A DNA stretch of 59,416 bases from a virus (lineage: Duplodnaviria; Caudoviricetes): positions 1-59,416 of IMG/VR virus record IMGVR_UViG_3300025402_000010, one strand, 5' to 3'. The translations under genes and the position numbers were made by a program. How positions within the stretch are numbered: the first letter of the stretch is position 1; the number at the start of each line of letters is the position of its first letter. This document shows, piece after piece, positions 46,961-56,026 of this stretch. Under the pieces are notes generated by a model. It saw only the letters and a program-made list of their open reading frames with translations, had not been told where the DNA came from and ran no database searches.

Positions 46961-47360
46961 ACAATTACAATGGAGACGTTCTTATGCGTATGATGATTTA
47001 ATTTGGACAGCAAAAACTAAACCAGATAATCGTTGGTATGCGCACAGAGTAGATTTATCTTTTACTTTGAAAGCTGGTTTTCACGGTGGCATTGTTAATA
47101 AAAATGCTGTTCTTATAGTTAAAAAATGTGCTGAGGGTAAAAAAGTAGCTAACATTGTTGTTATGAAAAAAGAATTTATAAACAGTTATATTGCAAAATC
47201 TTTTTTAGATTCTTTGTTGTATGCTTCAACTATTATGTTTGATACAGTTGAAAAAGGAGAAGAATGGTTCCTTAAACAATTGAATGATTATAAAGATGCT
47301 CCACCACCAGAACAAAGAACTTCTTTGCCAAGTTCAATTAGTGCTGGTTACCCAATCTGA
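46950..47360 (+). CDS. Hypothetical protein, paralog of 48177-48791
   Basis: AAGGAG RBS before ATG 46950; FDTVEKGEEWFL. Confidence 0.65.
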   Translation: MVDRQLQWRRSYAYDDLIWTAKTKPDNRWYAHRVDLSFTLKAGFHGGIVNKNAVLIVKKCAEGKKVANIVVMKKEFINSYIAKSFLDSLLYASTIMFDTVEKGEEWFLKQLNDYKDAPPPEQRTSLPSSISAGYPI

Positions 47361-47406
47361 TAATTGACCGTTTATCAGGTAAAACAACAAGGTCAGAAAG
47401 AATATC

Positions 47407-47796
47407 ATGGATAATGAAATCCAATTGTCAGATGAAGTAAAGCTTGCAATTATCAAGAAAGAACTATTAAACCTAGTTGATATTGTAAAAGTATTATTCA
47501 CTGTTAACACAACTCTTGAAGTTCACAGACAAGAGTTAACAGGTGAAATTCCTGAACAATTTAAGGAATTAATTGAATCAGATATATACAAAAAATCTAT
47601 TCCTCTTGCTATCAATGCAAGTAATGAATTGCTTAATAATCTTGTTGTGTTTACTAATAATTTAGCAGGTGTATTTGATATTGATTTTATATCACAGTTA
47701 CCTACTAATGAACAAGAATTTCTTAATATGAATAAAACAATGCATAAAGATTTAGAAAATAAAGTAATGCGTGAGTATGGTTGGGAGACCGAATGA
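47407..47796 (+). CDS. Hypothetical helical protein
   Basis: 129-aa ORF, AT-rich. Confidence 0.6.
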   Translation: MDNEIQLSDEVKLAIIKKELLNLVDIVKVLFTVNTTLEVHRQELTGEIPEQFKELIESDIYKKSIPLAINASNELLNNLVVFTNNLAGVFDIDFISQLPTNEQEFLNMNKTMHKDLENKVMREYGWETE

Positions 47797-47978
47797 TTGA
47801 TTTAACTAGTAAGATTATTGCTTACGAGCAAGATGAGCTCAGCTATGAGGAGACAGTTGAACTGTTCCAAGAGCTTATTGATAACGGTATGGCCTGGCGT
47901 TTGCAAGGTCATTACGGTCGTATGGCAATAGCACTCATTGAGAGTGGTGACTGCACCCCAAGTAAGGAGAATGTATGA
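47793..47978 (+). CDS. Conserved small phage protein
   Basis: IIAYE...LFQELIDNGMAWRLQGHYGR motif, widespread in phages. Confidence 0.7.
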   Translation: MIDLTSKIIAYEQDELSYEETVELFQELIDNGMAWRLQGHYGRMAIALIESGDCTPSKENV

Positions 47979-48109
47979 GTGATATTCCAAGAGAAGAAGT
48001 GATTGAGATGCTTACGCATATTGAGATGCTTCTTCTTGCAATGCAGGATCAGGATGCGTGGTCGTATACACACATCCTGCTTAAAGCCATCAAGGATGGT
48101 GAGTATTAA
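47975..48109 (+). CDS. Small hypothetical protein (44 aa)
   Basis: AAGGAG RBS; ATGA-coupled. Confidence 0.5.
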   Translation: MSDIPREEVIEMLTHIEMLLLAMQDQDAWSYTHILLKAIKDGEY

Positions 48110-48176
48110 TACGCAAGTAGCGTAGGTAGAGTTGACCGTCTGCCATTATTAATAGGTCAAATGAGAAAGGTAACCT

Positions 48177-48791
48177 GTGTCAAAAGACATGGTTTGGCTT
48201 AAGAAAAAGGACGGTAGAGGTTGGACTTCCAACCGTACCCGTGACGTGATTGACTATGCTTTCACGGTAAGTAACAATACGCCATGCAAAGTTGAGATAA
48301 GAAAATCATGGCGACCAAATGGTAGAGCTAACAATACGTTTGCTAGCTTGACGTTTGAAACTCCTGAGATTGCTAAAGCAACTATTGAGCACTTAGTTAA
48401 TACAGTGCGTGATTGCTTTGACACTCAGACTGAAGGACGTAAATGGTTCTTGGAAACCATGCTTGCTAAGTGTGTTGACGATGGCCGTGCAGAAGTATGG
48501 ATGCCTAACTCTAGCAACACTAGTAGTGTTCGGGTAGGCAAGATGGGGTATACTCCACCTGCTACTCCACCGCCATTAACTGCTATTACTCCACCTCGTG
48601 TAATAGCACCAACCTGGCCAGCTAAACCAACAGCAGAAGATGTTGAAGAGATGATTAATATCATTACTGAAACATCTAGTGCAACTGATGAAGCGACTGT
48701 TGAACCTGAGATTGTTGAACCTGTAGTTGTTCAGCAACCTAAAACCATTGTTATCAATGGTAAAGAAATTCAAATCGGCTGGCCTCAGTAG
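48177..48791 (+). CDS. Hypothetical protein, paralog of 46950-47360
   Basis: GAAAGG RBS, GTG start; FDTQTEGRKWFL; Pro-rich tail. Confidence 0.65.
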   Translation: MSKDMVWLKKKDGRGWTSNRTRDVIDYAFTVSNNTPCKVEIRKSWRPNGRANNTFASLTFETPEIAKATIEHLVNTVRDCFDTQTEGRKWFLETMLAKCVDDGRAEVWMPNSSNTSSVRVGKMGYTPPATPPPLTAITPPRVIAPTWPAKPTAEDVEEMINIITETSSATDEATVEPEIVEPVVVQQPKTIVINGKEIQIGWPQ

Positions 48792-48860
48792 TAAATGTAG
48801 TAAGCACCTGGGTATGTGTCTAAACTGCCCACTTAAACCCACAAACAGTTAGGATACAAA

Positions 48861-49253
48861 ATGAAGTATGCAATTACAGTTACCGCAGAAAACAAGCTTG
48901 ACATCATTGATTTTGATGAATCTAAATCATATGAAACAATCAAAGCAGCTATTGGAGGCGGTACAATTCAATGCATTCACATACCATCATTGGATGTTGA
49001 CATGTGGATTGATGACGAAGGTAAGTTGGTTAATGAACCAGTAATCAATGCGTTTGGTTCTGCACTATGGGTTGACTCATATGGTATGACTGATCTTATT
49101 GTTGGTGACATCATTGTTACTGGTGGTGTTGATGATGAAGGTCATACACTTGGTCTTACGTTTGATAAAGCCGCTAATGTTTACAAGCGAGTTCATGAAG
49201 TTATGAAAAAAGCAATTGCAGAAGATAATGAAATTGAAACCGTAACCAAGTAA
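48861..49253 (+). CDS. DUF3846-like protein
   Basis: IKAAIGGGTIQ...MWIDDEGKL...N...IVGDIIVTG. Confidence 0.7.
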   Translation: MKYAITVTAENKLDIIDFDESKSYETIKAAIGGGTIQCIHIPSLDVDMWIDDEGKLVNEPVINAFGSALWVDSYGMTDLIVGDIIVTGGVDDEGHTLGLTFDKAANVYKRVHEVMKKAIAEDNEIETVTK

Positions 49254-49266
49254 GAAAGGAACATAC

Positions 49267-49908
49267 ATGCCCAATCATGTATACAATTCAGTAACATTAA
49301 CCGGTAGCTTTAGAGACCTTACAAGGTTAAAAATGCTACTTAACATGCCTCATGAATGTCAACATGTTCATAATGATACTGATATTTCACAGTTTAATTT
49401 TTTCAGTTTACTAGCACCAGATAAATCTGTATGGGATGAATACTATGGTGAAGAACCTAGTTATAAAGACCTTGCAGAAAGAGTGCGCCATTCTACTAAT
49501 CATTGGTACGATTGGAACGTTCGTAACTGGGGTACTAAATGGAATGCTTATGACATTGATTACTCAGATACATTTGACAATGATGACATTGATAATAACC
49601 AACACAGTATTAGTTATCATTTTAATACTGCTTGGTCACCACCATATGGTATCATTACTGCTCTTTCTAAAAAGATTGAAGAGCTTAAATTAAACGTTAC
49701 GTTTAGTTGGCACTACGAAGAAGAGCAGGGTTGGGGTGGTGAATTTGAATACGATGGCAACACATTAAGTGTTGTTGGAGAGTGGGATATACCCGCAAGC
49801 CATGCTGATTATCAATCACGAGACAAGGTAGAAAATTGTGTTTGTAGTTGGTCAGACGACATGGATGATTGGTTTGAGGATTGTCCTCGACCAGAAGAAA
49901 GTAAGTAA
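49267..49908 (+). CDS. DUF1281/Api92-like ferredoxin-fold protein
   Basis: MPNHVYN...WYDWNVRNWGTKWNA...FNTAWSPP...YEEEQGWGG. Confidence 0.75.
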   Translation: MPNHVYNSVTLTGSFRDLTRLKMLLNMPHECQHVHNDTDISQFNFFSLLAPDKSVWDEYYGEEPSYKDLAERVRHSTNHWYDWNVRNWGTKWNAYDIDYSDTFDNDDIDNNQHSISYHFNTAWSPPYGIITALSKKIEELKLNVTFSWHYEEEQGWGGEFEYDGNTLSVVGEWDIPASHADYQSRDKVENCVCSWSDDMDDWFEDCPRPEESK

Positions 49909-49913
49909 ATAAT

Positions 49914-50462
49914 ATGGGACTTGATCAGTATCTATACGGTGTTCAGGCACACCCTGATAACACTGATTTTGATGTATCACCAGAAGCTAAGTACCTTGGC
50001 ATCTCTACTTGGCGTAAGCACCCTAACCTTGAAGGTTGGATGGAAAAGCTATTCAATATTAAAGCTGATGCTCAAGGTTATAAAGGTCAAACAGATTTTC
50101 CTGACTCTGTAATTGCTAAGGTTGTTGGTAAGATTGATGAAGATAAAGTTACTCCTGAGTTGCTTGAACAAGCATCTATGCAAGATGATATGCAACAACT
50201 AATTCTTGAACAACAATATATATCTGCTACTGCATCTCTTAATAAGAAACGTATGTTTAACAACCAGTATTTAAAGTTGAACATGGGTGATCTTGATCAA
50301 CTAGAGATGGCAGTTAAGTTAAGTGAATTGCCACCAACAACAGGGTTTTTCTTTGGTGATGACTCTAGTGATGAGTACAAGGAACAAGACCTAGCAGTTA
50401 TTGAAATTGCCCGTGATGCTATTAGGCATGGGGTTGATGTCTACTACCGCAGTTCGTGGTAG
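49914..50462 (+). CDS. Conserved phage hypothetical protein
   Basis: MGLDQY...WRKHPNLEGWM...LPPTTGFFFG...YYRSSW. Confidence 0.75.
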   Translation: MGLDQYLYGVQAHPDNTDFDVSPEAKYLGISTWRKHPNLEGWMEKLFNIKADAQGYKGQTDFPDSVIAKVVGKIDEDKVTPELLEQASMQDDMQQLILEQQYISATASLNKKRMFNNQYLKLNMGDLDQLEMAVKLSELPPTTGFFFGDDSSDEYKEQDLAVIEIARDAIRHGVDVYYRSSW

Positions 50463-50512
50463 AAACGTTAGCAAGTAGCTAACACGCAGTAAACAAACAG
50501 TAAGGAATAATC

Positions 50513-50854
50513 ATGGGTGACCGTGGACAAGTAGAGCTGGTTATGCCAGAAGGTAGCATCTTTCTATATACGCATTGGGGCGCTGAAGGATTGCCTTGGG
50601 TTGTAGCCAAAGCATTAGACCGTGGTCGTAGCCGTTGGGGCGACGATGAGTATCTCAACCGCATCATCTTTTCACAGATGATCAAGGATGAAGTCATGGA
50701 AGAAACCGGCTATGGTATTAGCCTTGGTGAGCATGGTGACACATGGCGTTTAGTACGTGTTGATTATAACGACAGCACAATTACTGTTGTAGACAATGGA
50801 CATTCCGGCCCTGAACTTACATTCGATGAGTTTGTAAGTATCCATGGAAATTAA
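50513..50854 (+). CDS. Conserved phage hypothetical protein
   Basis: MGDRG...LYTHWG...RWGDDEYLNRI...GYGI. Confidence 0.7.
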   Translation: MGDRGQVELVMPEGSIFLYTHWGAEGLPWVVAKALDRGRSRWGDDEYLNRIIFSQMIKDEVMEETGYGISLGEHGDTWRLVRVDYNDSTITVVDNGHSGPELTFDEFVSIHGN

Positions 50855-50863
50855 GGAGCAAGT

Positions 50864-51112
50864 ATGAGTGAAGAATGGCGTGAACAAGCCAACTGTCGAG
50901 GCAAGGATATCAGTATATTCTTTGCAGAGAAAGGAGATGCTGGCATACAAGCTGTTAAGTTAGCCAAAGAACTTTGCAGTGTTTGCGTAGTGCAACAACA
51001 ATGTCTTGACTATGCAATTGACAACAACATTAAAGATGGCATCTATGGTGGATTACCACCTAAGCAACGTTGGGCATACAAGCGTGAAAGGAAAAAGAAT
51101 GCAGTTAAGTGA
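50864..51112 (+). CDS. whiB: WhiB-family Fe-S transcription factor
   Basis: WREQANCRG...FF...AKELCSVCVVQQQCLDYA...GIYGGL; four Cys and the G[IV]xGG turn. Confidence 0.9.
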   Translation: MSEEWREQANCRGKDISIFFAEKGDAGIQAVKLAKELCSVCVVQQQCLDYAIDNNIKDGIYGGLPPKQRWAYKRERKKNAVK

Positions 51113-52159
51113 TTATGGTTTGCTACCACCAACAAACTTGGTAGAAGCATATCTAGTGATTGAGAAGTTACTAGATCGTTGTGACCAACTCAATGAAGTA
51201 ATTGATATTATGGAGGAAGAACTATGAAAGTATATGAAGTAACATGCGGGTTAACCGTAGTGTTGGAAGCAGAGACTCAGGAAGATGCTGAGAAAGCAGC
51301 TCGCCAGTTAGTTGATGGTGAGTTGGGTAGCCAGGTAGGCAAGATGATGTGGTACCAAGTAAAGGATAATAATGAATCTAAGTGAGAAACAATTGCGTTG
51401 TCTTCTAGAAATTATAGAAGCTGACATGGAATATGCTGAGATGACTGCGGACATGGAGTTTCGTGGTTTTCTTGGTGAGCTACACACAGAATTACAATCA
51501 GAGTTGTACAACAAAATGAAAGTGAAGTAATCATAATGGATAATCCAAATGAACCAAAGAACTGTCCACGCTGTAAGCAAATCTATGTAGGGTTCCCCGC
51601 CCTATCTAGGTTGGATAACAAGTCACGCATCTGCTCGCCCTGTGGTATGGACGAAGCATTGCAGGACTTTACATGTGTACCACTAACCAATTTCCTTGAG
51701 GAGGAAGAATGAGAAAGTATGAAGTCACGTTAGTCATGGAGCTAGAATACAATCCTGATAAATGGGATTGGGGTTCTCTCTTAGATTTAAACGTCACTGA
51801 GACACTTGAGTCAGTCAAAGTAGAGGAGTTATAATGAATTCAGAAACATCAATCATCTCAGGTGCAAAGTCATTAGTCCTGTGGGCTATTGATGATGCAA
51901 AAAGGAATGGTAGTTTGGAACACGCTATCCATAACCTTAAGCGCATCTACGCATTCCTGGCAGACGAAGAGTTTGTAACAGAAAAACAAGGAAAGGAGGC
52001 ATAATGGATGAAGTAACTAAAGATAACCTAGAAGAATGGTTTGAAGAGATTGATTTTACTGATTTAGATCAAGATGATCTTGATGAGTTGAACAATGAGT
52101 TGGACAAAGCTCGGGCATCAGTCTTTGAAACATTCCTCAATGAGTTCCCAATCAAGTAA
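51099..52159 (+). other. Run of about seven tightly coupled small ORFs (40-60 aa)
   Basis: Manual reading finds starts at 51099, 51224, 51372, 51536, 51709, 51834 and 52004, mostly with GGAG/GAGG RBS and overlapping stop/start codons. Confidence 0.6.
51536..51712 (+). CDS. Small zinc-finger protein
   Basis: CPRC...PALSRLDNKSRICSPCG...EAL, a common phage motif. Confidence 0.7.
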   Translation: MDNPNEPKNCPRCKQIYVGFPALSRLDNKSRICSPCGMDEALQDFTCVPLTNFLEEEE

Positions 52160-52169
52160 GGAGTAAGTT

Positions 52170-52571
52170 ATGATATGTGAACCATGTGATCATGGACCTA
52201 CTGTATATGAAAACTATTGTCAACATTGCAATGGTTTATGCCCCATATGTAGTGAGATGGGTGAGTGTGACACCTGTGGTAGAGAATATGAATTAGCTAG
52301 CCGTGATGGTCGTTGTGGTGACTGTGGTGACTGTAGTTCATGTTGTACACATACTGAGGAGGAAACAATGAGTAAGTACCTTATCCGTGACTGGATGAAC
52401 AACATCCTGTTTGATGGTATTGAGTTTGATAGTTTTGAGGAAGGGTGGGATTGGTTGTATGCCAACCACCCTGAGCCAGATGAATCAAGCCCCGACTGGG
52501 TTGACGGTTGGAACGACGACTGGTTTGTAGTAGAGAAAGGTTACAGTGTAACCGGAAAGAAGGAGGAATAA
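52170..52571 (+). CDS. Cys-rich protein, possibly two fused genes
   Basis: Many CxxC in the first half; an internal GAGGAGG RBS precedes in-frame MSKYLIRDW. Confidence 0.55.
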   Translation: MICEPCDHGPTVYENYCQHCNGLCPICSEMGECDTCGREYELASRDGRCGDCGDCSSCCTHTEEETMSKYLIRDWMNNILFDGIEFDSFEEGWDWLYANHPEPDESSPDWVDGWNDDWFVVEKGYSVTGKKEE

Positions 52572-52573
52572 CA

Positions 52574-52738
52574 ATGGCTAAGTATCAAACGTCATTTGTT
52601 ATTGATGTAACAATCAATGCAATTAACAGGGACGAAGCCCAAATAATTATAGATGAGATTGTTTTTGATGTTGCCTCAAGGGGTGGCAAAAAATATAAAT
52701 ACAATTTGCATCAGACCCTAGACATGAAAGAAGAATAA
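52574..52738 (+). CDS. Small hypothetical protein
   Basis: AGGAGG RBS; MAKYQ...VTINAINRDEA. Confidence 0.55.
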   Translation: MAKYQTSFVIDVTINAINRDEAQIIIDEIVFDVASRGGKKYKYNLHQTLDMKEE

Positions 52739-52740
52739 CA

Positions 52741-52917
52741 ATGGATAAATGGACTAGGTTCACCTACGTTTGCGAAGACATTGATGAGTGTGATACGCTT
52801 GTTCAAGCAACGTCCCGCAAAAAGGAACTGTACTATACGTGGTGCCTTGCCTGCGGCAAGCGTCTTAACCTTATTAACATGGAAGACGCAACAGTAGAAG
52901 AAGTAGAGTTAGAATAA
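52741..52917 (+). CDS. Small zinc-ribbon protein (58 aa)
   Basis: Manual translation MDKWTRFTYVCEDIDECDTL...WCLACG. Confidence 0.55.
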   Translation: MDKWTRFTYVCEDIDECDTLVQATSRKKELYYTWCLACGKRLNLINMEDATVEEVELE

Positions 52918-53017
52918 CAACTAACTCCTATCATTACATATACTAAGTATTGCACATAAGTTGGTGCCTGCTAAGTGTTGTAGATCGCAGTAAATAAACA
53001 AACAAGTAAGAGGGAAT

Positions 53018-53254
53018 ATGGAAGATAGTAAGTTATTTCAAGCGCACGCTGCAGTAGTTCAGATACATGAGCTAGCAGGTCGGTTTGATGAGTTGCTTGA
53101 TGGCTTTAAGTTGTATGACGAGTACAAAGGCAACTTAGATATCGACGTGTACGAAAAAGCTCTCGAGCTATACCGTAAAGCTATGAACGCCATGGATGAG
53201 CAATGTAAGTTATTGCATGCTGTGGCTAACTGTCTTGATGATGTGTTTAAATAA
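53018..53254 (+). CDS. Hypothetical helical protein
   Basis: GAGGG RBS. Confidence 0.6.
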   Translation: MEDSKLFQAHAAVVQIHELAGRFDELLDGFKLYDEYKGNLDIDVYEKALELYRKAMNAMDEQCKLLHAVANCLDDVFK

Positions 53255-53272
53255 ATAAGGAGGCAGTAATGT

Positions 53273-53959
53273 ATGGATAAATTAGATAATGTAGTTAGCA
53301 AAATTGAAAAGTTGCTAACTCTAGCCGGTCGCTCCCCATTCCCGGGCGAAGCAGAAGCAGCTCAGGCACTGGCTCAAGAACTAATTACTAAATATCAAAT
53401 TGAGCAGGGTCGACTGTATAATCGTGACACTAGCTCTGGTATAGGTAATAGGAAGATTAATACTCCAGCGCCGTATGACGTAGACAAGAGTGTTTTACTC
53501 AATGCTATAGCTAAGAATAATTTCTGTAGAGTGCTACGCGGTGACGGTTACTGTTACCTCTATGGTACTGAAGATGATATTAAGCTATGTTTAGCATTGT
53601 ATAATACGCTTGTGGTGCATATGATTAGTGAGATGCCCGCCAAGCTAGCTAAAGCTAAGCAAAATAGTGATACTACGTTCCATAAGCGGACATGGATCAC
53701 TAGTTTCTTTGGCGGCTATTGCCTATCAATTGCAGAGCGTCTTAAAGCTATCAAGGATAAAACCATAGCAGATCAAGTTAAGGTTGATGCTTCGGTTAGT
53801 CTAGTAATACGTGATAAAGAACACGCTATAGAAGAGTTTTATCAAGGTATTGATCGTGATCCCGGCTACCGCCGTAATCTTAGCTCAGAATCAGGTTATG
53901 AATACGGTAGGGAAGCAGGTAACGAGGCAGACTTACTACAGACCAAGCTAAAGGAGTGA
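53273..53959 (+). CDS. DUF2786-domain protein
   Basis: KIEKLLTLA...EAEAAQALAQELITKYQI; SFFGGY...I.ERL; GYEYGREAG. Confidence 0.8.
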   Translation: MDKLDNVVSKIEKLLTLAGRSPFPGEAEAAQALAQELITKYQIEQGRLYNRDTSSGIGNRKINTPAPYDVDKSVLLNAIAKNNFCRVLRGDGYCYLYGTEDDIKLCLALYNTLVVHMISEMPAKLAKAKQNSDTTFHKRTWITSFFGGYCLSIAERLKAIKDKTIADQVKVDASVSLVIRDKEHAIEEFYQGIDRDPGYRRNLSSESGYEYGREAGNEADLLQTKLKE

Positions 53960-53960
53960 T

Positions 53961-54155
53961 GTGCAACTAATTTACGCTTTACTATATGACACAAGCTACA
54001 ATAGCATGGAGATCTCAGGTCTCTATGCAAGTTTAGATAAAGCTAAGGCTGCTGTGCCTGGCGCAGAGTGGAAGAAGCATGAGAATTTAGCTATGTGGGA
54101 AGCTATTACTGGTGAACAGTATTGGTGTATTACTGTGCATGCTATGTTAGATTAA
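53961..54155 (+). CDS. Small hypothetical protein (last gene of plus-strand block)
   Basis: AAGGAG RBS, GTG start; GLYASLDKAK. Confidence 0.6.
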   Translation: MQLIYALLYDTSYNSMEISGLYASLDKAKAAVPGAEWKKHENLAMWEAITGEQYWCITVHAMLD

Positions 54156-54177
54156 TTCTGCTATTCCAATTAATACT

Positions 54178-54762
54178 TTACCTTGGATCGTATAAGAAGT
54201 CAAAGTGTTTAGGTCTAATTACACCAGGTTGTAGCTTATATGGTTGAGTAGTGTTGTTTTTAAATGTTGGATGATTCATTTCTTTCTTCCAACCTCCGCC
54301 TTGCTGAGCCCAAGTAACACTTCTAAGGTGGCTAGCTGGTACCTCGCCTTGCACTACAGTAAAACCATTTGGACCAAATTGGCCACCCTCACCTCTGCGT
54401 ATACCATGCGTCTCAACACTGGTGGGGCTTATTCCTACCCAGTCACCACGATAAATAGCAGGTACGTGGTCTGCATCCTGAGCGCGATAAATAGTGATGG
54501 GAGCATTAGGTTTACCATGCACTTGTTTAATCATATTCATTAATTCATCATGTTCACTTGATGGAATATCATCTCGTCTAATACCAGGAGTAGGGTTTAA
54601 ATAAAGATTCACTAGTGAGTGCAAGTTACCACCAGGTTGTAAGTGGGGCCAAAGCTCGTGCAGAGGCACACCAATCATTGCATCTCGAGGGCTTAACTGA
54701 TCAGCAGGTATGTTAGGCGTAACTGCATTTATTGCTTCAGCGTAACGTAAATTCCAATTCAT
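54178..54762 (-). CDS. Putative internal virion protein with MNWNLRYA leader (possible ART-like fold)
   Basis: Shared leader; ITIYRA...GDWVGISP...HG pattern. Confidence 0.6.
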   Translation of the reverse strand: MNWNLRYAEAINAVTPNIPADQLSPRDAMIGVPLHELWPHLQPGGNLHSLVNLYLNPTPGIRRDDIPSSEHDELMNMIKQVHGKPNAPITIYRAQDADHVPAIYRGDWVGISPTSVETHGIRRGEGGQFGPNGFTVVQGEVPASHLRSVTWAQQGGGWKKEMNHPTFKNNTTQPYKLQPGVIRPKHFDFLYDPR

Positions 54763-55691
54763 TGTATCGGTTTATCCCATTTAAGTTCTTTACCCAATGC
54801 ATCAGAGAATGGAGAAAACTTTTTATGTCTTTCCCACATTCCATAACGTTCTAGTATATAGTTTTTATGCCATTCTGCATGTGCTTCAATTAAATTACTC
54901 TCGCCATACCCACTAATAGAATTAGTTTGAAGAACTTTCTTTAAACTATCAGGTGCATTGTCTTTCATTGCTATATATTGATCATTCATAGAATCAATAT
55001 CTGTGCCAGTATGTGCTGCGAGTGTGCTTGATACATGATCTAAAATAGGTTTCTTGTCTACTCTATCTTCAAATCTTGCGGTAGCGTTGTGGCGATCAAC
55101 AAGCATATCAGTGAACTTAAGTAGTTCGTCTGGTTTTCTAATAGCTCTGGTGTGTCCAAGTTCATGGGCAAGTGTTTGAGACAATACCATAGAATTTGTA
55201 GTATCATTCTCTTCTGCATACGGTATAGAAGAGTTGACATTTTTGCTGTCATTCGCAGACATTATGCCTGGGTCTTCAAAAAGATTGCCTATGTGTTCAC
55301 CGTGTCTAGTGAACCTAAAACTTACATCTCTGGCCAAAAGATCTAAAGCACTTAACGTATCACGAATTGATTCTGGATGATTGATTGGATTCCAATAAGC
55401 TCTTCTAGTATTTTCGTTCATCTTAGAGTGATCATAAATTAATGCAGTGTTGCCGGTGGCTCTATTGATTAACTTATGTACATCAGGTGTTTTTACTTTA
55501 TTGCGTCGAGCAAATGGTGAAGGGTCACCAAATGTTGGCTCTTCCCCTTCTCTTTTACTCCATTCCTGCGGAGCAAACCAATGTTCACCGTCTGGCTGTC
55601 CTGTTGTCTGGATCTCCCACCCTTCGGGCAGTACCGTTTCAAGCTCCCGTCTACTCTTGCGTGTTGTAGCGTAACGGGTAGACCAATTCAC
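54759..55691 (-). CDS. Zincin metallopeptidase-like protein with MNWSTRYA leader
   Basis: TLAHELGH (HExxH) and SGYGESNLIEAHAE (third-ligand Glu region). Confidence 0.7.
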   Translation of the reverse strand: MNWSTRYATTRKSRRELETVLPEGWEIQTTGQPDGEHWFAPQEWSKREGEEPTFGDPSPFARRNKVKTPDVHKLINRATGNTALIYDHSKMNENTRRAYWNPINHPESIRDTLSALDLLARDVSFRFTRHGEHIGNLFEDPGIMSANDSKNVNSSIPYAEENDTTNSMVLSQTLAHELGHTRAIRKPDELLKFTDMLVDRHNATARFEDRVDKKPILDHVSSTLAAHTGTDIDSMNDQYIAMKDNAPDSLKKVLQTNSISGYGESNLIEAHAEWHKNYILERYGMWERHKKFSPFSDALGKELKWDKPIQ

Positions 55692-56026
55692 GATTGCTCT
55701 CTCCCCACCATTAAACCGTGAATTGTAGTGTAACTTGCATTATCAATACTAGGCCCATGTACTACTGTGAATTTTCCACCTTTATGACCATCAAGCCCAT
55801 TAGGGTCATAAATTGCAGTATCTTCACTAGACTTTCTACATCCACCATTTGAGCAATGATGAATTATTGCCATAAACGGACGCCATTGCTCTCGGTACAT
55901 TTTTTCATTGCTTGTACCAGGCACTCTTCGCCATTGTTTATTACCAAAATTAAACTCATAGGCATTACTTAAACCACCTATGAACCTAGTGTTATCGTCA
56001 CTAGAGTAACGTAAATTCCAGTTCAT
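55688..56026 (-). CDS. Small protein with MNWNLRYS leader
   Basis: ATGA-coupled to the terminase; carries the shared leader. Confidence 0.6.
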   Translation of the reverse strand: MNWNLRYSSDDNTRFIGGLSNAYEFNFGNKQWRRVPGTSNEKMYREQWRPFMAIIHHCSNGGCRKSSEDTAIYDPNGLDGHKGGKFTVVHGPSIDNASYTTIHGLMVGREQS

